Positions 20,301-33,100 of a DNA stretch of 64,000 nucleotides are shown one piece after another. The notes below the pieces were generated by a model. It worked only from the letters and a program-made list of their open reading frames with translations, had not been told where the DNA came from and did no database searches. Location of the stretch: contig CAWJRG010000005.1 in the NCBI GenBank assembly GCA_963845185.1, positions 608,001-672,000 on the forward strand, given 5' to 3'. Both the position numbers and the translations under genes were made by a program. Source of the DNA: an uncultured bacterium (GTDB taxonomy: Bacteria > Oederibacteriota > PGYV01 > CAWJRG01). Numbering within the stretch: position 1 is the stretch's first letter; every line of letters begins with the position of its first letter.

Positions 20301-21205
20301 GCCATGTAATTTCTCGTGTAAGCGCCGCCGTTTGTGGTGGTAAAAGCGCCGCCAATATATAATATACCCGTGTCCTGCGTTATAGAATAAACAGTGCCGT
20401 TCATTTCCGGGTTCCAGGATATAGCCGTGCCTGTCACAGGATCCACGCAGCCCAGATAGCTTCTTATTGTGCCGCCAAGCGAGGCAAAGGCCCCTCCCAT
20501 AAAAATATTATTCTGGAACGGATAAATTGAATACACATAATTGTTCGGTGCCGGGTTCCATGCCTCAAGCGCGCCTGTTGATGCATCAAAAGCCGTGGCA
20601 TAGGTCCTGGCTGTCCAGGTGCCTCCTACGCCTGCAGCGTTTAAAAATTCGCCGCCCACATAAACAACCCCTGACATTCCGGCAATGGAAAGCACAGTGT
20701 TGTCGGCAGCCGGTGTCCAGGCCGGGTCGAGTGAGCCGTTGTTAAAAATATGCGCCAGCCTTGTCCTCGGCTGGCCGGCGACATACGAAAAACTCCCTCC
20801 TATAAAAAAACCTCCGTTTGAATCAGGAGCTATTGCTAAAACAGCTCCCCCGCCAACCTGAGGGAAAGCCGGGCTTGCCACGGTATTGCCGTTCGCGTCT
20901 GTCAGCGCTGCAGAACCTGTGCGCTCGCCTATCCTAGTAAAAACGCCGCCCAAATACAAAGTGGACGCCGTATTCGCAACTGCGTAAATTATGTTGTTTG
21001 CGGCAAATGAGCTGTAAATAAAAGCAGGGCCTATGGTTGGAGTAAAAGTCGGGCTTGGTGGAAGGACTACGACGGTTTGCCCTATGGTTAAGACTGTAAC
21101 ATTCGTGTTTGTCGGTGTAGGGTTTGCCCCGTAGGCGGCAGGGCTGGTCAAGGCCGTAAAGATGATGCCGATTACAAGGCTCGTAAAAAAAGCTCTTGTT
21201 TTCAT
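17353..21205 (-). CDS. Secreted beta-propeller (GGxF/WNP repeat) protein with Thr-rich stalk and T9SS-like CTD, one frameshift (~1283 aa repaired)
   Basis: ORFs 19259..21205 and 17353..19251 join on removing 1 nt near 19285-19292, and the repeat continues AVCLGGNFTLPLSYAAAFD. CTD YVFPVP...PGVYYY...KFLVV. Confidence 0.8.
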
Positions 21206-21249
21206 TTAATCATCAAACTCCTGTATAGAATACTTATATTTCTTAATTA

Positions 21250-21278
21250 ATTATACTCCAACAATGCCGATATTTCAA
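21250..21278 (-). promoter_or_regulatory. Sigma70-type promoter
   Basis: TTGAAA-N17-TATAAT upstream of 21205. Confidence 0.6.
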
Positions 21279-21291
21279 TCAAAATAAGGGT

Positions 21292-21919
21292 TCAGTATAG
21301 CAAAGGGTTTTGTTTTAATGATGGTATTATTTTTTTTGTATGGGATTTCTTTTTTACGGGTTTCTCCGGCGCAAGGATCAAATCCGTTATTTTTATTATT
21401 TCCTTCGCGTCTGTTTCAGCGGCGTGTTTTCCAGACTTTATAAGTTTTATATTTCCCTGTCTGTCAAGAATGCATACATATATCAGCGAATCGTCTTTCA
21501 CGTTAAAAAATTTTTTATAAGGTTTTTTGTCGCTAAAAAACAAGTAGGTGAGCCTTCTGGTCTTCGGTGGCCCCGCCTTTCATGCCGTTTAATATTCCCA
21601 CGTCCCCAACAAGCGCCATCTCATAGTACGCTTTCTGGGTGTTTCCCATATATTTCAAGGCAAAAGGCTTTATCCATGACGCCATGTCATTGTCATCAGG
21701 CCTTGAAAAAGTGAGAATTATCATTGACGCCTTGCCCTGAACAGCGTCAGGCAATACGATTTCTTTGTCATCAAGCGTCTGCGCTGTGATTTTCGGGAAA
21801 GCAGTACCCGTGACAGAAGCACAGGCGGCGGTCGGTGTTACAACTTCATCAGCACATACCGAAGCTGCGATAAAAAAAAGAAGTATAAACACGTAAATTT
21901 TATTCACTTTGATATCCAT
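21292..21919 (-). CDS. Exported thioredoxin-fold-like hypothetical protein, one frameshift (~208 aa repaired)
   Basis: FPKITAQTLDDKEIVLP start and YVCILDRQGNI end. The two ORFs join if the T6 run at 21535-21540 is T5. Confidence 0.6.
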
Positions 21920-22045
21920 TAGTTATTTAGCATTTCAGTTGCTAAACCTCTATTCATCAAACCTTCCATTCATTCTGCATTTCTTTTACATTTAATTCTT
22001 ATTTTTGACCAAACCTACAAGGTTCAGCCTTCTATTTCTTTGCCT

Positions 22046-23356
22046 TTATTGCGACCACCACACGTCGCTTTTATCCTGTAAGCCTGTGCTCGGGCAATAT
22101 TCCCCGGCTATCACCCACATCATATTGTTGAATACAACGCTACTGTGGAAGTGCCTGACTCCGAATTCGGCTGCCGCTGTCGCCTGTGTCCACGTACCTC
22201 CGGAATTCGAATACCAGACATCGCCCTTGCAGCCGTTGCTGTCCTCGCCTCCTACAATCCACATATAATTATTGTATACAAAACTCGTGTGGTTTGCCCT
22301 TGCGCCGTATCCTTGAGACATTAAAAGAAATGTCCAGTTTTTTCCGTCGCTTGAATATCCCGTATTTCCCAGGAAACTTGATCCGTTCCATCCGCCCATT
22401 ATCCAGATTAAATTGCCGTATACTATTGTCGTATGCTCTTCTCTCCCGCCGAAAGACGCTGCTGTCGTCGTGCATCCCCAGTGGGCGCCATCGCTTGAAT
22501 ACCAGACATCGCTTTTAAAGCTGCTGCCGTCATATCCGCCTATCACCCACATTTGATTGTTATATACCACGCTCGAATGGCAAATCCTTCCGTTGAATGC
22601 CGCTGCCGTGGTAGTGCATGACCAGTAAACGCCGTACGGATTGTTGTTCGAATACCAGACGTCGTTTTTATATGTTCCGTCATATCCGCCTATCACCCAC
22701 ATTTGATTGTTATATACCACGCTGCTGTGAAACCATCTTGCGCTGAACGCCCCGGTTGTAGCCTGCTGCCAGTACGTGCCGTCGAATGAATACCATACGT
22801 CATTGAGGTAATTGCTGGCATTGCTTCCGCCTATTACCCACATGGCATTGTTATAAACCAGGCTTGTGTGTCCCATCCTGATGCCAAAAGCTGCTCCAAG
22901 CGTGGACCACGACCATGTGCTGCCCGGCACAGGAGTATTGGTGGATGTGGCTGTAATAGTCGGTGTAATTGTTTTTGTCCATTGCGCGGCTGCTGCTGTC
23001 TGCTGCTGCGCCACCATTGTCAAAATAGCCGCTGCTGTCTGCGTCGCGTTTGGAGTGATCGTCATTGTAAATGTGCTGGTAGCCGAATATCCGGCTGCCG
23101 CCGCTGTCTGCTGCTGTGCTATCATTGTCATGATTGCTGCTGCTGTCTGTGCCGCGTTTGGCGTAGCTGTTGCCGTGTGTCCTGCCGCTGCCGCTGTCTG
23201 CTGCTGCGCTACTATTGTTTCTATGACCGCGGCTGTCTGCGCCGCGTTCGGCGTATCTGTCGCTGCTGGAAATGTCGGATTTACTGTCTTTCTGCATGCC
23301 TGCGGTAAAAATATTATTGCAGTTATTAAGGTAGCCGTAATAAATATTTTTTTCAC
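22046..23356 (-). CDS. Kelch-like beta-propeller lipoprotein with three Ala/Gln/Thr repeats
   Basis: Lipobox-like PQAC, six R-x-x-H-x-S-VV-NN-MWVIGG...DVWYS blades. Confidence 0.8.
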   Translation of the reverse strand: MKKIFITATLITAIIFLPQACRKTVNPTFPAATDTPNAAQTAAVIETIVAQQQTAAAAGHTATATPNAAQTAAAIMTMIAQQQTAAAAGYSATSTFTMTITPNATQTAAAILTMVAQQQTAAAAQWTKTITPTITATSTNTPVPGSTWSWSTLGAAFGIRMGHTSLVYNNAMWVIGGSNASNYLNDVWYSFDGTYWQQATTGAFSARWFHSSVVYNNQMWVIGGYDGTYKNDVWYSNNNPYGVYWSCTTTAAAFNGRICHSSVVYNNQMWVIGGYDGSSFKSDVWYSSDGAHWGCTTTAASFGGREEHTTIVYGNLIWIMGGWNGSSFLGNTGYSSDGKNWTFLLMSQGYGARANHTSFVYNNYMWIVGGEDSNGCKGDVWYSNSGGTWTQATAAAEFGVRHFHSSVVFNNMMWVIAGEYCPSTGLQDKSDVWWSQ

Positions 23357-23384
23357 CTTGACACCTCTTATTTTAATAATTTCC

Positions 23385-23450
23385 AGTTCTCACTTACCAC
23401 TTACCCCTTCCCACCTACCACTTCACACTTATCCCATCCCACACTCTTCT
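23385..23450. repeat. Degenerate heptamer tandem repeat (CACTTAC-like)
   Basis: cacttac cacttac cccttcc cacctac cacttca cacttat between the two Kelch genes. Confidence 0.55.
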
Positions 23451-23461
23451 TGCTTTCCTGC

Positions 23462-24586
23462 CTACTGCGCCCACCACACATCGTTCCTGCAGACCCCGTC
23501 AAAACCTGCTATTACCCACATTGCGTTGTTAAATACCACGCTGGTATGCAAAAATCTTGCGCTGAATCCCGCGTTGATTGCCGCATTATACCAGTACATG
23601 CCGTCTGTTGAATACCATATGTCATTTTTATATCCGTTGCTGTCATAGCCGCCTATTACCCACATCTTATTGTTATAAACCACGCTTGTGTGCCCGAACC
23701 TTCCGCTGAATCCGTCTCCTGCGGACATTTCAGCCCAGTTCACGCCGTTGCTCGATGACCATACGTCATTCTTATAATTTGCGCTGTTATCTGTTCCGCC
23801 TATTACCCATATAGAATTATTAAACACAACGCTTGTATGCCCGTATCTTGCGCTGAAAGTTGCGGCTGTTGTCGTGCATCCCCAGCTTGCGCCGTCGCTT
23901 GAGTACCAGACATCGTTTTTGGCGTTACCTGTGCCGTCTTCAATACCGCCTATTACCCACATTTTGTTGTTAAATACCACACTTGTATGCTTGCCCCTTG
24001 CTGAAAAAGCGGCTGCCGTGGTTGTGCATGCCCAGTAAATGCCTGTTGAATACCATACATCATGCGTATAATGGCTCGTTGTGTCAAAACCGCCTATTAC
24101 CCACATTAAATTATTGAAAGCGACGCTTGTATGGTAAAACCTTGCCGTAAAATTGCCGCCGCCGCTTAGCGCCCAGTAAGTGCCGTCCTGGGAAATATAA
24201 GCGTCATTTTTTAACGTGCTTGTGCTGTCCTGCCCGCCTATGACGTATATTGAGTTGTTATAAACCACGCTGCTGTGGCCTGCCCTGGCTGAAAAGGTCG
24301 CTGCACTTGTCGCCAGCGTCCACATGCTGCCTGTAAAAGGAGTAGGTGTACTTGTAAAAGTAGGTGTAATTGTAGGCGTTATTGTCCTTGTCAGTTGCCC
24401 CATCACTGCCGTCTGCGTTTTTACCACTATTGTTTCTATCGCAATAAACGTCTGTGTCGCGTTTGGAGTTGCTGCCGGAGTATTTGTAGGCGCCGGAGAT
24501 GCCGGGTTGCTGTTCTTGGAACATGCGATTACAAGGAAAACCGAGAATAATATAATTCCAAAACCTGCCGCCAATAGCTTTCTCAT
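23462..24586 (-). CDS. Kelch-like beta-propeller lipoprotein (paralog of 22046..23356)
   Basis: Lipobox VIAC, Thr-rich tether, six FSARxxHTSVVFNNxMWVIGG blades, ends DVWWAQ. Confidence 0.85.
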   Translation of the reverse strand: MRKLLAAGFGIILFSVFLVIACSKNSNPASPAPTNTPAATPNATQTFIAIETIVVKTQTAVMGQLTRTITPTITPTFTSTPTPFTGSMWTLATSAATFSARAGHSSVVYNNSIYVIGGQDSTSTLKNDAYISQDGTYWALSGGGNFTARFYHTSVAFNNLMWVIGGFDTTSHYTHDVWYSTGIYWACTTTAAAFSARGKHTSVVFNNKMWVIGGIEDGTGNAKNDVWYSSDGASWGCTTTAATFSARYGHTSVVFNNSIWVIGGTDNSANYKNDVWSSSNGVNWAEMSAGDGFSGRFGHTSVVYNNKMWVIGGYDSNGYKNDIWYSTDGMYWYNAAINAGFSARFLHTSVVFNNAMWVIAGFDGVCRNDVWWAQ

Positions 24587-24721
24587 AATAATCCCTCCGT
24601 TTTTCTAATTTTCAATTGCTGATTGTCAATTAAAATACGCCTTAACTGGCAATTTATATATATTAATTATATCAAATATCCGGGGTTTTTTCTACTTTCT
24701 TTTGACGGAAAAATCCGGTTT

Positions 24722-27085
24722 TCACCTTATTATAACAAACACCTTAACTTGTCTTTGGTTACTCTGTTCAGCTGTCACATAATAAATTCCGCTTGCCCAG
24801 TTCTCTGCGTCGGTTATTTTTTTAATTACCGCATTTGGACCCTGGTTCAACACTTCTTCCCTGTAAATAAGCCTGTAATTTGCAGTGTATATCCTTAATG
24901 TTATTTTATTCCCGTTAAGCACTATATTTACAAAATCTGACGCCGGATTTGGATAAAGACCGGCGATTAATCCGCTTCCTGAATTCGTGCCTGCTGTCGG
25001 AGTAGGTATAAACGGCGTGGATGTAAAATCCGGTGTTTCTGTGTATGTCTGTGTTATTGTCAATGTCTCTGTTTCGGTAGTTGCCCACGTGCCTGTTGCT
25101 GTTATTGTCAGCACCGGTGAAATTGTCCATGTTTCGGTAAAAGTCGGCGTCGCAGTAAGCGTCCAGTCCGGTGTGTCTGTGTCCGACGGCCCTGCTGTAT
25201 TTGTGCCGGTTGCTGTCGCTGTCGCTGAGCCGGTAGCCGTAATGATTGCTGTTCCTGTTTGCGTAGGTGTTTCAGTTGCAGTAAGCGTGTTCGAAACTGA
25301 CGGTGTCTGCGTATAGGTATTTGTTATAGTATCTGTTGCAGTTGCTGTCGGCGTATATGTAGGAGTCTGTCCGGATACCGAGCAGTCAATATATTCACTC
25401 CATGTCTCGGCTGTTGAACTGACTCCGCTCAATGTAGCGGGATACGCGCCGAATGGCTGGTCAATAAGAAACCCGTTTCCAAGTGTGCCGGCTGTGTAGC
25501 TTGGTATGTCGAGCGTCGAGTCAGTCTGCCAGCACAGCCAGTAAGTGCCCGGTGTAAGCGTGAGCGAGACAGGCGTGCCAGCGGAAATATTCTGGGTTAT
25601 CCACCCTCCCGCGACGCTGTTTGCTATCGTTCCCGAGTCCCAGAGCAGGTTCTGCGGTGATGAGTTGTCGTATATCGCGAGCCTTATATTTCCCGCTGCA
25701 GCGTGAGAGTAAAAATTTATATTGTTCACAGTTTCTGTCTGCGTTTCGGTAATTTTTGTCCCTTTAATGGCGGCTTTCTGCGAAAACGCGATTTTAATCA
25801 CTTGTCCCGGTGAGCTGTCGCAGCCTATGTAAGCGTACCCTCTCGTATTATCTATCTCCGAACCCTGTGCGTAAACTTCGCCGTACGGGAAAGTAACTCC
25901 GTTGTCCGTTGAGTCATCATACGCGCCCGGATATCCGTCGCAAGGCGGCACATCAACACCCCCGAGAAGCTGCAGCGGCGGCCCTGCGTTTTCCGACGGC
26001 GCCGCGTCTCCCGAGTTGTTTTTTATCTTGAACAATTTCATGGGAAATATCCCGTCTGTAACAAAAATAGTATAGCCGCTTGCCGGGTCTTCCACTGAGG
26101 CTGATAAAGACTGTTCCGTAGCGTTTACGCCGTTGCACGCCGCGCCTGAGTGCAGCGTCGTGTTTGACACTTCGCTGAAAGTCGTCAGGTTTATCTTGTC
26201 CACGTTTGCAGGTAAAGGCGTAATCGAAGAAGGTTCGTATGTGCCGAAATACGCGTAATGGTTGATTGTGTCAATTGAAGGCCTGCCGTATGCAAACCAC
26301 ATTCCCGGCGGGATAGTATCAGTTGTGCTTATGACCCCGTCCTCGCTTGGCGCGCCGCCGCCGTTTAGCGCTACCCGCGCTATCTGGGTCATATTGTACC
26401 CGGCAAGGTAAAGGTACCCTCCCGACGCGTCAATTGCTCCGTATATCTCTAATGCGCCTAATGGAGGGTAAACTGGGCTGTTGAGCGTCAACCCCGAACC
26501 GACCATAGTCGGCATTGTGGCGTCGCCTGCCGCGACTGACGGCAGCAGGTACTTGTAAACTACCGCAGGGCTGCCGAAGGTTATAAAATAAGCGTAATGC
26601 TGAGTTGGATCCGGATTGCTGTCGTCAAGCATCGCGTCCTTTGGGGTGCTGGAAGCGTTGAACACGCCCTCGTCAACCGGAGCCACTCCCGGCCCGCCCA
26701 GTTTTACTTTGTGGAGCCCGCCCGAATCAAAATAGGCAAACCCGTTTACTGAATCTACAAGTATTTTTCCAAAATTCCCTCCCGGTGAAAGCGTAATGGT
26801 GCTCTCTTCCGTGAAGTTCGTCAGGTTTATCTTTGAAAAACTTCCCATGCGGCCTCCGAAATACGCGTACGCGTTCACCGTATCGATTCCCGCGCCGTAA
26901 AGGCCCTGGTAATTATCGCTGCTGAGCACGACCTTTCCCACGCGCCTTAACCCCTGCGTTGGGTAAGTCGTTGTTCCTGACGTTGTAATGCCCAGTTGGT
27001 CCGCTTCAAGCCGGAAAGATAAAAAAATAAATAAAACCGGTACAATACCGGACATAATCAATCGAATTTTATTATTTACCATCAT
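24722..27085 (-). CDS. Secreted propeller plus beta-sandwich protein with Thr-rich stalk and T9SS-like CTD
   Basis: Signal peptide, IDTxNxYAYFG repeats, CTD LYPNPASD...ASGIYYV...KVFVIIR. Confidence 0.85.
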   Translation of the reverse strand: MMVNNKIRLIMSGIVPVLFIFLSFRLEADQLGITTSGTTTYPTQGLRRVGKVVLSSDNYQGLYGAGIDTVNAYAYFGGRMGSFSKINLTNFTEESTITLSPGGNFGKILVDSVNGFAYFDSGGLHKVKLGGPGVAPVDEGVFNASSTPKDAMLDDSNPDPTQHYAYFITFGSPAVVYKYLLPSVAAGDATMPTMVGSGLTLNSPVYPPLGALEIYGAIDASGGYLYLAGYNMTQIARVALNGGGAPSEDGVISTTDTIPPGMWFAYGRPSIDTINHYAYFGTYEPSSITPLPANVDKINLTTFSEVSNTTLHSGAACNGVNATEQSLSASVEDPASGYTIFVTDGIFPMKLFKIKNNSGDAAPSENAGPPLQLLGGVDVPPCDGYPGAYDDSTDNGVTFPYGEVYAQGSEIDNTRGYAYIGCDSSPGQVIKIAFSQKAAIKGTKITETQTETVNNINFYSHAAAGNIRLAIYDNSSPQNLLWDSGTIANSVAGGWITQNISAGTPVSLTLTPGTYWLCWQTDSTLDIPSYTAGTLGNGFLIDQPFGAYPATLSGVSSTAETWSEYIDCSVSGQTPTYTPTATATDTITNTYTQTPSVSNTLTATETPTQTGTAIITATGSATATATGTNTAGPSDTDTPDWTLTATPTFTETWTISPVLTITATGTWATTETETLTITQTYTETPDFTSTPFIPTPTAGTNSGSGLIAGLYPNPASDFVNIVLNGNKITLRIYTANYRLIYREEVLNQGPNAVIKKITDAENWASGIYYVTAEQSNQRQVKVFVIIR

Positions 27086-27152
27086 AATGTTTTTAGCACC
27101 TTACTTATCTCTGTTTTCTATCATTCCAAAATTCAAAATCTAAATTCCAAAT

Positions 27153-30100
27153 TTATTTTACCACAAAAACTTTCAGTATTTTTTTGCTACCAGCCGCTTC
27201 TATATATATAAAGTAAAGCCCTTCTCCTACAATTTTGCCGTCGTCGTTCTTTGCGTCCCATTCCACCTGGTTCCACCCGTCAAGCGAGGTTGTAAAATCC
27301 ATGTTTTTCCTGACAACTTCCCCTGTCAGGTTATACACTTTTATTTTCACGTTGACATTCGCAGCTGCCTTCACGTTTATCATCAGGGTTTCGCCTCTTC
27401 CGGGGTAAATGTAATTTTTGGACAGGGTCAGGTTCGAGTTCGGCTCAGGCGTATTCGTATAGGTCGGCGAAATTGTGTATGTGGCTGTTATGCTCGGCGT
27501 GGGTGATATTGTGGCTGTCTGCGTGATTGTCAGCGTGCCTGTCTCTGTATCTGTTTGCGTAACAGTAATTGTATTTGTCAATGTTTCCGAAAGCGAAGGC
27601 GTCGGCGTTATTGTATTTGTCACCGTAAAAGTCGGTGTATCTGATATTGAGCTTGTAGAAGTAGGTGTCGTCGTTGGTGTATCTGTCATGGTCTGCGTCG
27701 GGCTTGCAGTGAACGTCGGAGTATTTGTGAATGAAGACGTAGGCGTGCCGGATACCGAGCTTGTCGAAGTAGGCGTCACCGTGTTTGTGGATGTCAATGT
27801 AGGCGTGTTTGTCGCAGTGTTTGTATAAGTACCTGTCCACGTAGGTGTCCCTGTTGCCGTATATGTTGAGGTTTCTGTTAATGTCTGCGTATTTGTAGTT
27901 GTAAGCGTATATGTATCCGTACATGTTGCAGTATAAGTTTCCGTAATCGTAAATGTAAATGACGGCGTTGCTGTAAACGACGGCGATGCCGGAGGCGTCC
28001 ATGTGATAGTAAATGTTAAAGTCAGCGTTATTGTTTGTGTAGCTGTGCCTGTATTTGTAGGTGTTGCTGTCGGTGTTATTGTCCCTGTAAAAGTATACGT
28101 CGGAGTGTTGGTTCCTGTTTTCGTCGGCGTCATAGTCACTGTAATCGTCTGCGTTACAGTTAGAGTCATGGTTTGCGTATCCGTAAATGTTCCTGTCCAT
28201 GTCGGCGTGCCAGTAACCGTATCAGTGTATGTCCCTGTCACAGTAAAAGTCATAGTAGTCGTAAACGTAGATGACGGCGTTGCCGTAAACGAAGCCGATG
28301 CCGAAGGTGTCCATGTATTCGTGGGAGTAATAGTTAGCGAAATTATCAGCGTCGATGTTTGTGACGGCGTATTTGTATACGTCATTGTTCTTGTCCCTGT
28401 ATTGGTCATTGTCGGCGTCATTGTAAATGTAAATGTAGGCGTGCCTGTATAAGTGCCGGTAGCAGTCTGCGTGCTTGTATCCGTATATGTCGGTGTATAA
28501 GTAGGTGTTCCTGAAGGGCTTACAGTATCGGTCGGGGTATTTGATGTACTCTGTGTAATCGTAGCCGAAGGAGAAACCGACGGTGTAGGAGAGTTTGTCT
28601 GTGTAAAAGTAAGTGTAAATGTAGCCGTGTTTGTCGGCGTACTGGTCGGTGTCCATGTTGGTGTATTCGTTTTTGTGTCCGTCTGCGTGAATGTCTGAGT
28701 TAAAGTAAATGTTTGCGTGTAAGTGGGAGTGTCAGACATTATGTTCGTGTTTGTGCTGGTCGCACTGGGCGTATTCGAAGGTGTATAAGTATACGTCCCG
28801 GTTCCTGTGTTCGTTGGCGTGCTGGTCGGAGTCCATGTTTGGGTATTCGTAAGGGTTATCGTAGCAGTCTTTGTCCCTGTCATTGTCACGCTTGGCGTGG
28901 ATGTGTTTGTAAAAGTGCCTGTGGGAGTGATGGTGGAAGTGCCTGTAGAAGACGGGGTTGACGTGGGCGAGTAGCATGACATAGGGCAGTAGTTAACGCA
29001 CATGGAATAGATTGCATTGGAGCTGAGTTGTGTCGGCCATGTTGCCGAGAAAGAACCGAAAGTATTGCTGCCCATAATCTCTTGGCCGGTTGTTCCAGTA
29101 TTGTAAGCTACTGTCGCGTTGCCTGATGCCTGGAATGCTATCCAGTAATAATTATTCGCCGTCAGGACCGGGTTGCTTGTGAGCGGTATGGTTAGCCAGC
29201 CGGCTGCTGTCGTAGATACTGCGTTTGTTGAAGCCACCAGGTTTTGCGGCCCGCCGTTATCCGTATATATGGCACACTGCACCATACCGCCGTTGTATCC
29301 CACTAAATATATGGAAATGCTCGACGCCATTGCGTTTTGGGTAATTTGATATTTATTGGAAGTCATATATCCGACAGGGGCTTGGTTATTGGTGCCGACT
29401 GTTGGATAATATCCAAAATATCCGGGGTTGCAGCAATTCGGCGTTATTGTAACCGTAGGTGTCCATAGAGGGGTCTGGGTCATTGTTTGCGTGTGGGTGC
29501 CTGTCGGCGTCATGGTGTTTGTGGGCGTAATACTGACAACAGGCGATATGGTTGAAGTCGGGCTGATTGAAGGTGTCGGGGATATTGTGGCTGTTTTGGA
29601 CGCAGTCAGTGTCACTGTCAACGTGGGAGTGGGCTGGACTCCGTACGACATCCTGAATCCTATGTCCCTGTTCTGGTAACTTGTGCTCCAAGTATTTCCC
29701 GTGTCTGTAGAAGACTGGGTATATGACTGTATGCCGTCGTAAGTGAGCAGGTTGTACGGGTTTCCGCCCGCGGTGTACATATCGTTTACTATATAATAAT
29801 TCGTAGTGTCTGAATTGGGGGATTTCAGCCATACCCTGAACACGTCGCCGCTTATAAGCGTGGCCGGCACGGGCATATCCACGTCTATCCACTGCGCCGC
29901 TGTATTCTGGTTTGACGCCGCGGTATTTGCCAACAGCGTGCCAGACGCAAGCACCAACCCTGACTGCGTAAGGTCGTCAAGCTCATAATACAGGCTGTCT
30001 ATCGGCTGGGCAGCTGTGCTGGTCTTTACAAAAAATCCTATCCTGCTTACCTGGGCCGTGATTGTCATGTTCCTGAAATATTCGCCCCAGCAATTTGCTC

Positions 30101-33100
30101 CCTGCACCTGTTCTGCGTAATTCCCTATGTACGGGTTGCCGTAGCTTGTGCTGTCCGAAAAATTCAAGGCGCATTCGAGCACCCTGCCGGGAAAAGCCCA
30201 TTGGCCCGTTGTCCACAAATAAAGCGATTCCGCCGCGCCGTCAACGTGCTGGTCATACGGTATGTAGCGGTGGAGAGGGGACGAACCGTTTCCTATAAAA
30301 GCGTAGTTGCTGGAATTAATGGTATCGCCTCCCGCGCTATAGTATTCAACCACTACATGATAAATGGCATTTGTGGTCAAATTCGCGTTCAGCCCTGATA
30401 TTAAGTTCCATCCTGCCGTAAAAGTTGTGGTTACAGGCCCGCCTCCCGGTATATAGGTCCCGTTAGGCCTGCTTAGCCCGTCATCACCCTGAATGCCGAT
30501 ATTGTATCTCGGGCACGTGCCTATATTTATGTTGTCATAAAGCGCTATGGATGAAACTGTCTTTCCGGTTATTGTGAGCGAAAAACTGTACCCGGCTTTA
30601 TATGACGGCGCTTGCAGGAAAAACGCGTAAGTGCTGTCGCTGACTGACTGGTTTCCGAACCAGCCTGTAAGAGTGGGAGCAACAGTTTGCGTTATGGTCG
30701 GAGTCGGCGTGACAGTTAAAGTAAATGTCTGTGTTACTATCACTGTAACCGTCGGCGTAGGCGGATAGTACATAAACTGGAACCCGAGGTCGTAGTTCAG
30801 GTTGTTTGTCCACGTCACGCCCGAGTCCCCGGATATGCACCTGTAATTCAGCACCCCTCCGTATGTCAGGGTGTTTTCCGGGTTTTGGTTCACCGCGAGG
30901 CTGCCCCCGCAAACGTAATAATAAGCCGAGGCCGTGGAAGACGTGGAATAAAAGCTCAGCCTGTACTGGTGCGCGGCGTAAAGGTTATAAGTTGCGCCCA
31001 TGCTCTGTGAAATACCACTGGACCGTTGCCTGTACCGAAGCGGCAGCAGCGATTACTCCGGATGTAACTGTCACATTGCCTGTCACGTCATAAAGCAGGT
31101 AATGCATATCGTCTGTGGGCGTGCCGTTATACGAGTAAAAATACGCGCCCAGGACGCTTACCTGGCAGTCTGCAGGCGGCGTCAGGAACTCAGCTGCCTG
31201 GTTTGCACCGTACACACTGCTGACTATGCCGTTGTATATCGGGTTTCCGTAATAAGAGCCATCGGCATACCCGAGCACAAATGGCGGCATCATGTTTTTT
31301 AAGGCCCAGCTTGTTCCATTATATTCCAGGGTATTTAAATACTGGTCAGATGACTGGTCAAGCGGTATCAGCCCGGTATAAGGCACTGTTCCGTCCCAAA
31401 GTGACATATAATTACTTCCGCTTATTGCTCCCGAATCATATGAAATTACTATATGGTATATCTGCCCGTCGGTCAGCTGGACCTGAGGCACGGTTATGCT
31501 GTTCCATCCGGTTGTGTTAAAACTGTTGCTTGTTAAGTATATGCCTGACGGATAATGGTTTACAGTGTTGTCGTCCACCTGTATGCCCACCCAGTATGTC
31601 GGTATAGTGCCCGAACCAACACTTCCTATAAATCTTATATTGTTTACCATTTTTGTGCCGTGCTGCGTGAAACGGAAATCGCTCTGCAATCCGGAAGCGC
31701 TCATTGCATATCCGTTTGCACTGCTGGCCACGGATTTATTGCCGAAGACATATGCCGTGCCAGGCGTCGCAGTCGATGTCTGAGTTATGCTTGGAGTCGG
31801 TGTGATTGTGGATATATTCACCGTCCCTGTCGGTGTCGCGGTCGATGTCTGGGTTATGCTTGGAGTCGGCGTAATTGTAAAGGCACCCTGGGGTGTCGGC
31901 GTCATGGTGGGTGTGAAAAGCCCTGTGCTGTTTGACAGGCGGAAATTCAGGGTCCTGGCTTAGGTTGTCGGTCCAGGTTACGCCGCTGTTGCTTGACGAC
32001 TCGAAGTAGCAGCTGGTGCCCTGGTAATTAAGTGTGTTTTCCGGGTTCTGGTTCACTGACTGTGAGTCTCCGTATAATAAATAGTAATTTGACGAATTGG
32101 AACCCGGTGAGTAAAATATAAGCCTGTACTGCTTTCCTGCAATCAGCGTATAGGTGCTGCCCATGTCCGCGTCATACCACTGGTAATTGGGCCATGCCAG
32201 CACTGAGCCGGATGCGGCAAGCGTGCCTGACGTAATTGTTACGTTTCCTCCGATGTCATACAGGCTGTAATAAAGGTTGTCAGCCGGCGACAGGCTGTTT
32301 ACATACATATAAACCCCGATTTTGCTCACCTGGCACGTCGTGGTCACACTCAGGTACTCAGCTTTCCAGTTGCTGGTGCCGTAAACTATGCCCATACCAC
32401 TGCCGCCGCTGTCAGGGTTGCCGAAATATGCGGAGTCAGTATAACCCAGTACAAAAATCGGTATGTAATTATAAAAGGACCAGGAAGCACCGTTGTATTG
32501 CATGGAGTTCAGGTTTGGGTCAATTACCTGGTCATAGGGTATAATGCCGGAAGACGGAAGTGTGCCCTCTGAAACGCTGAGGTAATCGCTTCCGTCGACT
32601 GTGCCTGAATTATATGTGAATACAATATGATAAACCTGCCCTGCATTAAGCGTCGCGTTCGGCACAGCTACGTCGTTCCATCCCGAAGTCGAAAAAGTGC
32701 CTGATGTAAGCGTTACCCAGTTCGGATAGCCGCCCGAGTCGCCCATTATTGCTACATTATAAGTCGGCGCTGTGCCCGCGCCTGTCATTACGTAAAATTT
32801 TATGTCATTGACTGTCTTTGCCGCTCTTTCCGTGAAACTGTACGCCACAAGCCTGTTTGACGCGCTCATTGAATATGCGTATGTGTTGGTTATTATGGAT
32901 AAGTTGCCCAGCACAAATGGCGGCACCGGGGTAATGGTCGGAGTGATTGTGGGCGTTATTTCATCAGCGGACATAAGCTCCACTGCAGCCAGCGCGTTGT
33001 AGCCGTTCAACCCGAAAGTGTAGGTAATGTCATACGGACCCGGCGCTGTAGTTGCGTAATCCGATTGCTGCCCTATACCGGCGGTATTTCCTGTCCAGCG

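Noticed and set aside
27440..28970. InaZ-type ice nucleation protein
   Set aside because: Lacks the AGYGSTxTA 16-residue repeat. Only the generic T-x-T pattern is shared, which is kept as a hypothesis in the findings.
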